A stretch of DNA of 30,248 nucleotides from a virus, in the IMG/VR virus record IMGVR_UViG_3300030319_000074, positions 1 through 30,248 of that record; one strand, given 5' to 3'. The position numbers were made by a program, and so were the translations under genes. Below the pieces are notes generated by a model. It saw only the letters and a list, made by a program, of their open reading frames with translations. It did no database searches and was not told the DNA's origin. Shown in pieces: positions 9,106 to 15,811 of the stretch (the first letter of the stretch is position 1; each line of letters begins with the position of its first letter).

Positions 9106-9134
9106 ATTATACACAAAACAGGACTGCCATTCAA
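9106..9134 (-). promoter_or_regulatory. Candidate late promoter (TTGAAT-17 nt-TATAAT)
   Basis: The minus strand has TTGAAT (plus 9129-9134) and TATAAT (plus 9106-9111) with a 17-nt spacer. The -35 lies within one of two 14-nt direct repeats. Confidence 0.4.
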
Positions 9135-9460
9135 TGACAGCGAGTGCCATTCAGTGACAACTTTTCCAAAGCGTCTGTGTGGCGGCGTAATATCGTCCGG
9201 ACAGAGTAGTGCATTTCCTCTGCAATCTGTTCCCAACTTTGGAATACGATGTACCGCCGAATCAGCACAGCTTCCAGTTCTGGATTGTTCAGAGCGGCAA
9301 TGCAACACTTGATCTCTCGCTGTGTCTGCTGTACGACCTGCTCTGTCTGGGAACATTCTGTTTCTGTATACTTGCCGCACATCGTCATGGCTTCCAGCTT
9401 CTGCGTTTCGTGCAGGCAGCGTTGCAGCCATTCTTTTTTCTTTGCCTGTTCCTGTGTCAT
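9131..9460 (-). CDS. Late-gene transcriptional regulator, sigma-70 region-4-like HTH (ArpU/RinA/DUF1492-like)
   Basis: 109 aa. The C-terminus ELEAVLIRRYIVFQSWEQIAEEMHYSVRTILRRHTDALEKL resembles sigma region 4. It is the last gene before the packaging module. RBS GGAGGTG precedes the ATG at 9460. Confidence 0.65.
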   Translation of the reverse strand: MTQEQAKKKEWLQRCLHETQKLEAMTMCGKYTETECSQTEQVVQQTQREIKCCIAALNNPELEAVLIRRYIVFQSWEQIAEEMHYSVRTILRRHTDALEKLSLNGTRCH

Positions 9461-9487
9461 GGCTTCACCTCCGACCTGCTCTTTGGG

Positions 9488-9802
9488 TTATTTTACATTA
9501 CCAACCAATCTGTAAAGTTCTTCTGTAGTTCGCTTGATTTTTTCGTCAATGTATTCTTTTAAGCGTTTTTCTCGGTATTCTTTTAAGCGTTTTTCTCGTG
9601 GTGTATAAAACCACTTTGCTTTGAATTCTTCCACAGTTTTGAAATAGCTTTCTTTTGAAATATCGCAACTATCAGCCCACTCCAGATCATGTGCCAGTTT
9701 CGCAACATCCTGCATAAGGTCATTCAGTTCTGCATCTTTCATCTGTCCGCACAATTCATCTTGAATCGCTGAATAGATATATCCATGACTTCCACCGCTC
9801 AT
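9488..9802 (-). CDS. Hypothetical protein (contains a duplicated REKRLKEY octapeptide)
   Basis: 104-aa ORF with RBS GGGGGTGAG and tight packing with its neighbours. Confidence 0.6.
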   Translation of the reverse strand: MSGGSHGYIYSAIQDELCGQMKDAELNDLMQDVAKLAHDLEWADSCDISKESYFKTVEEFKAKWFYTPREKRLKEYREKRLKEYIDEKIKRTTEELYRLVGNVK

Positions 9803-9808
9803 TTTATC

Positions 9809-9958
9809 TCACCCCCACAACAGTGCAGCTATTCCAAGCATCACAGTCGCCCCAAGCAGAGCAAGTGCCGCCTTGTTCCAGCCTGCTCTGCTCAGACATT
9901 TTGCAATCAGCAGTCCGCTCGGAATCAGCAGCACAAGGATCAATGTCATCTGTCCCAT
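9809..9958 (-). CDS. Small membrane protein (two hydrophobic helices)
   Basis: I prefer the ATG at 9958 (GGAGGTG 8 nt upstream). The product is MGQMTLILVLLIPSGLLIAKCLSRAGWNKAALALLGATVMLGIAALLWG. Confidence 0.5.
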   Translation of the reverse strand: MGQMTLILVLLIPSGLLIAKCLSRAGWNKAALALLGATVMLGIAALLWG

Positions 9959-9965
9959 ACCGCAT

Positions 9966-10277
9966 TCACCTCCGCACCATGATTTCTTCTGTTGTGGTCG
10001 GGTATGCTTCGGTTTCTCCGGAAAGCACAGCATTCAAGTGTTCTTTCGCAGTTTCATACCTTGTCCTTGCTGCCCGCACTCGCTGTTCTGCTTCATCGAT
10101 TTTTCTGGCTGTGGGAAGCATGTCCTCGATCAGGCGGATTCCGCCAATTGCCCAGATCAGAGCAATGTCCGCATGTGTCACAATGCCGGGGTAAAAAATG
10201 TACACATAGTGGATCTTCTCAAATTCTTCTTCCGTGAACGGTTTGTCTGTCAGTCTTTTGAATTCTTCTTGCAGCAT
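9966..10277 (-). CDS. Hypothetical protein
   Basis: I prefer the ATG at 10277 (AAAGGAG 7 nt upstream), giving MLQEEFKRLTDKPFTEEEFEKIHYVYIF... The Arg-rich N-terminal extension in the track ORF looks non-coding. Confidence 0.55.
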   Translation of the reverse strand: MLQEEFKRLTDKPFTEEEFEKIHYVYIFYPGIVTHADIALIWAIGGIRLIEDMLPTARKIDEAEQRVRAARTRYETAKEHLNAVLSGETEAYPTTTEEIMVRR

Positions 10278-10405
10278 TTGCCTGCTCCTTTCTGCATATC
10301 TCGTTCGTAATATTCTGCCATGTATCTTCCGTAGCTTACGCCGTAGGCAGCTGCCTGCTTGATGCACCAGTTCAGCGTGCCTTTCTGCGGTTTCTTTTTC
10401 GCCAT
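10250..10405 (-). CDS. Small hypothetical protein (51 aa, below the ORF-track cutoff)
   Basis: ATG at 10405 with GGAGGAA at 10411-10417. The product is MAKKKPQKGTLNWCIKQAAAYGVSYGRYMAEYYERDMQKGAGKCCKKNSKD. It fills an otherwise empty gap. Confidence 0.4.
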   Translation of the reverse strand: MAKKKPQKGTLNWCIKQAAAYGVSYGRYMAEYYERDMQKGAGKCCKKNSKD

Positions 10406-10406
10406 G

Positions 10407-10610
10407 TTATTTCCTCCGTTTCTTGTACAGATCCCATTTTACTTTTCTGGCGGATTCTGCGAGAAATATGGTCGGGTCTGCAAGCTGCTCCTGCTTTCGA
10501 TTCTCCCGTATCTTCTCACGCTGCTTTGCGTACCGGATATATCGGTCACACATACTATGGCAGCCGATTTCACGTTCCAGACAGTTCTTGCATGGTGCTG
10601 TCATGGTCAA
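10407..10610 (-). CDS. Small Cys/His-rich hypothetical protein
   Basis: 67 aa with a CKNCLEREIGCHSMCDRY motif and a basic C-terminus. Its start overlaps the stop of the upstream gene. Confidence 0.6.
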   Translation of the reverse strand: MTMTAPCKNCLEREIGCHSMCDRYIRYAKQREKIRENRKQEQLADPTIFLAESARKVKWDLYKKRRK

Positions 10611-11140
10611 CCTCCAGATTTCGCATCACTTTTTTCAGGTTCATCAGCTGCCATTTTCAGCAGCCGCTTTAACTTCTCATTTTCCTCTTGCAACTCGATG
10701 ATGTATTCATCTTTGTGATCACAATGCACGCAACACAAGCCGGAGATATTTGCAAGCGGACTTTTGATTGCCAAGTTAATTCTCCATTGCTGCAATCGCT
10801 TTATGACACATTCTCGCTCTGCTTTTTCTTTCCGCAGTTTTTCTATGGTTTCAGCGGCGATGAACAGTGACTTGATTGCTTCGGTTGCAATGCTATCCGT
10901 TACTTGATCGGAAAGCTTTTTTCGTTTCCCAGTTTCATTTTCCTGTTGCCGTCTGTTCCAAGCCAGACACGCCTTGTACTTATTCTCATACCATTCGCCG
11001 GTGCTGTTATGCACGCCGCATTTAGAACAGAACAGCTTGTAATCATGTCCCTCACTAGGGTCAATTTCATAAATATCGCTGATTACGGGAACAGCACCAC
11101 ATACTGCACACCGCATCAGATGTTCTACCAGTTTTCCCAT
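10607..11140 (-). CDS. Lar-family (restriction alleviation)-like zinc-ribbon protein with coiled-coil C-terminal half
   Basis: The N-terminus CAVCG...YKLFCSKCGVHNSTGEWYENKYKACLAWNRR matches the Lar-family pattern C-x2-C...C-x2-C...A-x2-WNRR. Confidence 0.5.
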   Translation of the reverse strand: MGKLVEHLMRCAVCGAVPVISDIYEIDPSEGHDYKLFCSKCGVHNSTGEWYENKYKACLAWNRRQQENETGKRKKLSDQVTDSIATEAIKSLFIAAETIEKLRKEKAERECVIKRLQQWRINLAIKSPLANISGLCCVHCDHKDEYIIELQEENEKLKRLLKMAADEPEKSDAKSGG

Positions 11141-11141
11141 G

Positions 11142-11579
11142 TTACCACCTCTCTTGTCCTTTTGGGCTTAATGCCATTGCTTCTGAAATGTCCACGATCC
11201 GCACATACAGTCCGGGGTGTTCCTTGTGCCAGATTTTTTCGATGTGCTCTCTGGCTACCAGTGCATCATCTTTCCAGTATCCCAAACCGGTCATGACATC
11301 TTTCAACGCTTTGTTCAGATTGTCTGTGTCCGGTCGGGTGGTCTTATACTCGCCGTCAACGTGCGTCTTTCCCTTGTACGGGAATCGCCATGTGACATAC
11401 AGTGCCACTGCTCCGGTCAGCGGCTTTCTGGGCGTATACGGTGCAAGCACCAGCCGGAGCAGCTGTTTCGCCGCTTTTGCCTGTTTGCTTTCGTATACAA
11501 TCACTCTGCCGTTTTTTTGAGTGTACTGCTTTTCTTGGGCGGTGGAACGGGGCGGGTCAAACTGTACGTTGATTTCCAT
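11142..11579 (-). CDS. rusA: RusA-family Holliday junction resolvase
   Basis: 145 aa. The segment TTRPDTDNLNKALKDVMTGLGYWKDDALV is the characteristic RusA motif. RBS AGGAGG. Confidence 0.85.
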   Translation of the reverse strand: MEINVQFDPPRSTAQEKQYTQKNGRVIVYESKQAKAAKQLLRLVLAPYTPRKPLTGAVALYVTWRFPYKGKTHVDGEYKTTRPDTDNLNKALKDVMTGLGYWKDDALVAREHIEKIWHKEHPGLYVRIVDISEAMALSPKGQERW

Positions 11580-12288
11580 GAGTATCCTCCTGCTCTGTGT
11601 TAAAGATCAGCTGCCGCACAGCATCATCTCTGCCGCCCCATTGCTGTGCCATGGCTTGTGCGACGCCTAAAAACGTCTTGCTCCTGCTTTTGGCTCTGTC
11701 TTTTGTAAAAAGCCCTTTATGCTTGGCATTGTGCTTATGGCTGTAGCTGCCGGATGGGCAAAAAGTACTGATAGGCTCGACTGTTTCGGTTGGCACCAGC
11801 TTCGGAAGATTTTTCAGCCAAAGGCATGTCCTTTTGCTGTACGGATGCCCGAATTCATACGGCTGTATAGTCTGCGTATATCTCGGCAGCTCATACACTT
11901 TGCTCGGGACAGGATTTTCGACGCAGATTCTTTCGCAGTCTGCATTCAAAAATTCCATAAAAAAAGCTTTGCCCGTCAATCCTTTTTCGTACCGTTCCCG
12001 ATTCAAAACGTGATTTTTCCACAGATGTCTTGCTCCCGCATTGCTGAGATAGGTGCACGGCGGATGTGCAATCAGTATATCCCATCTTCTGTCTATTGTA
12101 TGTGACTTTCCGTCACACGTAGTAAATGTGCACTTCCCATTTATCAGAGGGATAACATCCTGCATAATATGCCACTCTGGATGTCCGCCGGAGCACTTCT
12201 GCACGTCACAGCTGTATGCTTCGTGTCCTAGCACTCTAAATGCGGTACACACTCTTTGAGATTCTTCACATGCTACCAGTACTTTCAT
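11557..12288 (-). CDS. DNA cytosine-C5 methyltransferase-like protein, atypical motif I
   Basis: It has AHPPCTYLSNAG (motif IV-like PC), ENPV (motif VI-like) and FLGVAQAMAQQW (motif X-like). The N-terminus reads VLVACEESQ instead of the usual F-x-G-x-G. Confidence 0.55.
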   Translation of the reverse strand: MKVLVACEESQRVCTAFRVLGHEAYSCDVQKCSGGHPEWHIMQDVIPLINGKCTFTTCDGKSHTIDRRWDILIAHPPCTYLSNAGARHLWKNHVLNRERYEKGLTGKAFFMEFLNADCERICVENPVPSKVYELPRYTQTIQPYEFGHPYSKRTCLWLKNLPKLVPTETVEPISTFCPSGSYSHKHNAKHKGLFTKDRAKSRSKTFLGVAQAMAQQWGGRDDAVRQLIFNTEQEDTHGNQRTV

Positions 12289-13360
12289 TTTCTTTCACCT
12301 CTTCCAGGCATCCGGGAAAAGCCAGTTGCTTTGGCTCGTAGTACTCATCTTCCCACTCGACACCAATCCAGTCCAGCACACGTCCCCAGCCGTATTTCTC
12401 CCCATTTGCATCAGTACAGCAGCGGTACATCCAGTACTCCCACTCTTTGGGATTGTCCTCCCGCAGACGGTCAAACCGATGCGGGCGTTTTTCGATATGG
12501 ATACCGAAGCCACACATGGAACAGCCTGTGCGTTGTGCTCTTGTGGTGTACAACGTCCCGTCAGGCTTTCTTGCGATTTCGCCGTATGCTCTCGGTACTG
12601 GTACATCCAGATCAATCGCCAGCTGTAGCAGATCTTGTCTGGTGAAAGTCGCAAACGGGCAGCTTCTGGTCACGTTTTTTCCGTAGTAATTGCACCCGTT
12701 TTTTATCAACGCCATTTCCCGTTGTCCGCCTTCCGATGCCATAAGTCCAAGATACGGCACGCTGTTGTGTGCTTTTGCCCAGTCATCACAAGGCTTTTCT
12801 TTCATGTAGTAGCAGCATCGAGATGACACTTGAAAATCCGGTGCCGGTCTGATTTCCAGATCTGGCCTCATGTCGCGGTAGTTACCACCAAAAAGCTTGA
12901 TCCACTTGTCTTGCAGCTTGATGCGGTCACTGTGCTTATATCCGCCCTGCTTGCCCATATCTCCGGTCATGATCGCATGGATAAACGTCTGCTTTTCTGC
13001 ATCCGGATGTAGCAGATAACTGATTTTGGTCGCCTTTGCCTTGCTTACCACAGGAAACCCGAGTTGCTGCAAGACCTGTGCCTTGCCCATGTACGGCTTG
13101 ATACTGATCACGCCAAGCTGCTTGTGAACCTCCTGATTTCCCTTGTCCTCCAGTACACTGACGGAAATTGCCGGCACATCAATGCCGATGCTCCGCAAAA
13201 AAACCAGCAGCGTGATGCTGTCCAGTCCACCGACGCTGACATGGCACTCTTTGCCCTCTCTGGTGATCTTCTTATAAAACTCCCACGCTCTGCATTCAAC
13301 AAATGTTAATTTCTGTGCATACGGCAACGACTGGATTTGCAAAAAATCCCTGATGTTCAT
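12266..13360 (-). CDS. PAPS reductase / PP-loop ATP pyrophosphatase family protein (DndC/IbrA-like)
   Basis: PP-loop-like HVSVGGLDSITLL and a C-terminal RTGCSMCGFGIHIE...RFDRL. I prefer the ATG at 13360 (GAGGTGA 8 nt upstream) over the TTG at 13384. Confidence 0.8.
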   Translation of the reverse strand: MNIRDFLQIQSLPYAQKLTFVECRAWEFYKKITREGKECHVSVGGLDSITLLVFLRSIGIDVPAISVSVLEDKGNQEVHKQLGVISIKPYMGKAQVLQQLGFPVVSKAKATKISYLLHPDAEKQTFIHAIMTGDMGKQGGYKHSDRIKLQDKWIKLFGGNYRDMRPDLEIRPAPDFQVSSRCCYYMKEKPCDDWAKAHNSVPYLGLMASEGGQREMALIKNGCNYYGKNVTRSCPFATFTRQDLLQLAIDLDVPVPRAYGEIARKPDGTLYTTRAQRTGCSMCGFGIHIEKRPHRFDRLREDNPKEWEYWMYRCCTDANGEKYGWGRVLDWIGVEWEDEYYEPKQLAFPGCLEEVKENESTGSM

Positions 13361-13368
13361 GATTGTTT

Positions 13369-14160
13369 TCACCTCAATCTCCAATTCTTTTCATCACTTC
13401 TCATTATCGCGAACAGATACCCGCCGCAGCGTTCCTTGATACGTCCTGCCAACGCTTTGTCCGCCGCCAGCAGATCCCGAAAGATGCGCTCACTGGAAAC
13501 GATGGTGACCATGTTCCGGGTGTACCGCTCATTCAGCAGCTCAAACGCAATGCTGATTTCTTTTGGATTTGTATCACTGACATTGCCGCCGATCGGCTTC
13601 AGGAAATCGTCTATGTACAACACTTGTGCCTGTGTCAGCTGCTGAAAACGTTCCTGTCTGGTAGCAAATTGGCTTAGATCGCGAAAAACTGTCTGCCACA
13701 TCTCATACCGCACTTGCAGTCCTCTCTGGAGCAGGACACCACAGACAGCAGTGCACAGATGCGTTTTGCCTGCTCCACTTTGTCCGCCGATATACAGCCA
13801 TTGCGAACGGTTCTTTTCCGCATAGTGCATCACGTTTTCTTTCAGTGCGGTTTGCCAGTCTTCTTTGCACTGATATGCATCAAATGTTTTGGTGCGTATC
13901 GTTTCTGCCAATCCGGACTGTGTGATGTTGGACTGATTCTGCCGAATCGCCATGCACTCGCAGATACGGTGCATTTCTACGCCGTCCTGCAAGTAGGCGA
14001 TGCTGCCCTTGTTCCGGCACTTAGGGCAATCATATCCGGTAAGGCTGCCCCGTGATTGATTGTACCAGTCACACCGCATCTTGTCATAGGATTCCGGTGT
14101 GATTCCGGCATCAGAATTTTGTTTCCCAGCGATCTGCAACAGGTTCTGAATTGCTTCCAT
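13369..14160 (-). CDS. DnaC/IstB-like AAA+ helicase loader with N-terminal zinc ribbon
   Basis: Walker A GGQSGAGKTH, Walker B VLYIDDF, and CPKCRNKG...CEC near the N-terminus. I prefer the ATG at 14160 (GGAGGTG 6 nt upstream). Confidence 0.8.
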   Translation of the reverse strand: MEAIQNLLQIAGKQNSDAGITPESYDKMRCDWYNQSRGSLTGYDCPKCRNKGSIAYLQDGVEMHRICECMAIRQNQSNITQSGLAETIRTKTFDAYQCKEDWQTALKENVMHYAEKNRSQWLYIGGQSGAGKTHLCTAVCGVLLQRGLQVRYEMWQTVFRDLSQFATRQERFQQLTQAQVLYIDDFLKPIGGNVSDTNPKEISIAFELLNERYTRNMVTIVSSERIFRDLLAADKALAGRIKERCGGYLFAIMRSDEKNWRLR

Positions 14161-14920
14161 ACTTTTCACCTCCACGGTTCCACTCACTCCGCTCCCACGT
14201 TCTCACAGCTGCTTTCCAGTCTTTCATAGGGGACTTTCCAACACGCCATCCGTTTGATTCATAGTAATTCCAAAATCGTTCTGGATCTACGCTGTTTTGC
14301 CTGCTCTGACAGTAGACTCTGATATCTTCCAGCGTTGGCTTTACAAATCGTTTTTTGGGAGGGTGTGTGTCAGTCGGCTTGTCCGACTGTGCACCTGTAC
14401 TCTCCCTCTTATCTACTCTTATCTTATCTTCTCTACTCTTCTCTACGTTACCTGTAACGTTACAAGGCGTTTCTCCTGTGTTACATTGTAACATTTCAGG
14501 CATTTCTGCTGTACAAGGCAACGCAACAGTAACTTCTGCTTCCAGTTGTTTCTGCTTTTGTTTTTCACGGAATTTCCGTACTCTTTCCGCGCTGCTGCTT
14601 TCCGAGCCAATGGCTTCATTGGCTTCCGGCATAAAGTAAACTGATTTACTTTTTTCAATCAACTTGCCGGAGCGCAGCAGAAAACCGATTGCAACTCTGA
14701 CATTATCTTCATCTTCGTCCAGGGCAAGTGCCAGTTCAGCCGCAAAGTCGTTTTCAATGCCGTCAAAGTACAGTTCGCCCTCTGTCTGAATGCTCATCAG
14801 CATCATTTTTAGATAGATGATGACATAGGTGTCACCTCCGGCAATGCGCCGCATTTTCTTCATGGCTTTATCGCGGAAAAAGTCTTCCCGGAGTTTCAGC
14901 CAAAAATATCTTCTTGACAT
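14111..14920 (-). CDS. Phage replisome organizer (DnaD-like N-terminal domain)
   Basis: The N-terminus MSRRYFWLKLREDFFRDKAMKKMRRIAGGDTYVIIYLKMML matches the phage replisome-organizer N-terminal family. It lies upstream of the DnaC-like loader. Confidence 0.75.
   Translation of the reverse strand: MSRRYFWLKLREDFFRDKAMKKMRRIAGGDTYVIIYLKMMLMSIQTEGELYFDGIENDFAAELALALDEDEDNVRVAIGFLLRSGKLIEKSKSVYFMPEANEAIGSESSSAERVRKFREKQKQKQLEAEVTVALPCTAEMPEMLQCNTGETPCNVTGNVEKSREDKIRVDKRESTGAQSDKPTDTHPPKKRFVKPTLEDIRVYCQSRQNSVDPERFWNYYESNGWRVGKSPMKDWKAAVRTWERSEWNRGGEKYGSNSEPVADRWETKF
14371..14520. repeat. Cluster of inverted and direct repeats inside the replisome organizer gene (candidate origin)
   Basis: Inverted repeats: CAGTCGG-5-CCGACTG (14371-14389), ACGTTAC-ct-GTAACGT (14445-14460), the palindrome GTAACGTTAC (14454-14463) and TGTTACA-t-TGTAACA (14479-14493). 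Direct repeats: CTACTCTT twice (14413, 14433) and TACAAGGC twice (14461, 14512). Confidence 0.4.
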
Positions 14921-15138
14921 GATGATCCCTCCTGTTTTCCCATCTTACAGCCGTTTTCTTCTGTCCAGTCGCAGCTGTTTTCTGTTTCCTGGCATTCGCT
15001 GCACAGCATGATTTTTTTGCCGCAAAATGGGCAGTATGCAGCAAAGCCGTCCTGCGCTGTGTCCCAGCGTACAGTGACTTCATTTGTGCAGTTTGGGCAT
15101 AATTCCGTGACAAAATCTGTTTCGCAGTAAAAATACAT
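14896..15138 (-). CDS. Small Cys-rich zinc-ribbon protein
   Basis: I prefer the ATG at 15138 (GAGGTG 9 nt upstream). The product starts MYFYCETDFVTELCPNCTNEV...YCPFCGKKIMLCSECQ... The upstream part of the 143-aa track ORF has no RBS and a poor composition. Confidence 0.55.
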   Translation of the reverse strand: MYFYCETDFVTELCPNCTNEVTVRWDTAQDGFAAYCPFCGKKIMLCSECQETENSCDWTEENGCKMGKQEGSSCQEDIFG

Positions 15139-15619
15139 GATTGATATCACCTCTTTTGCAATAGATTTGTGGATGGACGCTGATCTGCTCAACGTCCCAG
15201 AAGCACCAGCACGGCTAAACATGGCCATGCGTTTACAGGTATTCAGCCGCCTGTGGTCGCTGTTGCACCGTATGAACGGATTCCGCAGTTCTGGCAACTC
15301 AGATGGTGGAATGATCCGGAATTGCACCGGATGTGCTGAGACTGGACATTCTCTGCCGTGACTACACCATTCCGTCTGCGGCAGAGTAATTCCGCCGCAG
15401 GAGTAAGAAGGGGAGACCTATGTCAATTGAAAATGTTGGAACAGCGTGCCGGAGTTGCACCGGCAATCCGTGGGGATGGAAGTCCCACAGTATGACTGCA
15501 TCGCTGTATATGCGGCGGCATTGCCAGTACCACCGCATAGATAATAGAAAGGAGGTTTGCCATGTAATGGCTTTTGAAGATGTTGGAGAGCGGTTTTGCG
15601 TCATGCTCAGGACGGTGTG

Positions 15620-15811
15620 TTATTTCTCCAGCAACAGGTCTTTCAGTTGTTTCATCCGGCATTCCACCTGCTCATGTGTATCGAATGTTTCTGTGGCTAT
15701 TGTCTCTATTTCTGAGAGATAGCATACTTTGTTTAGGATGTTGCCGGCGACAATGGCTATTACAGCATCTAAATTTATTAGATCACCGTCCTTCAATTCA
15801 ATCCATTTCAT
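15620..15811 (-). CDS. Hypothetical protein
   Basis: 63 aa with GAGGTG 5 nt before the ATG, and a start/stop overlap with the upstream gene. Confidence 0.55.
   Translation of the reverse strand: MKWIELKDGDLINLDAVIAIVAGNILNKVCYLSEIETIATETFDTHEQVECRMKQLKDLLLEK

Noticed and set aside
8754-9431. Long N-terminal extensions in several track ORFs: 8754-9431, 5482-6753, 24493-25965, 14896-15327, 9966-10367, 9809-10033, 13369-14187 and 12266-13384
   Set aside because: In each case an internal ATG or GTG with a well-spaced GGAGG-type RBS lies just downstream of the preceding gene's stop. The extension overlaps the neighbouring gene and has non-protein-like composition. I used the shorter coordinates.
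11557-12288. Confident call of a functional DNA cytosine-5 methyltransferase
   Set aside because: Motifs IV, VI and X are recognisable, but the canonical SAM-binding motif I (F-x-G-x-G) is replaced by ACEESQ and I see no clear target-recognition domain. I therefore kept it as MTase-like with moderate confidence rather than assigning activity or specificity.
15548-15567. Perfect SD followed by an ATG-TAA start-stop mini-ORF on the + strand
   Set aside because: It is on the strand opposite to all surrounding transcription, with no promoter seen. It may be a chance occurrence, as the reverse complement of a purine-poor stretch. It is not reported as a feature.
15420-15722. 100-aa + strand ORF (and its internal start at 15567, 11 nt after AAAGGAGG) in the non-coding gap
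   Set aside because: It is Cys/Ser/Arg-rich, runs antisense into the RBS-supported - strand gene 15620-15811, and has no convincing + strand promoter upstream. I kept it only as a note under the gap finding.
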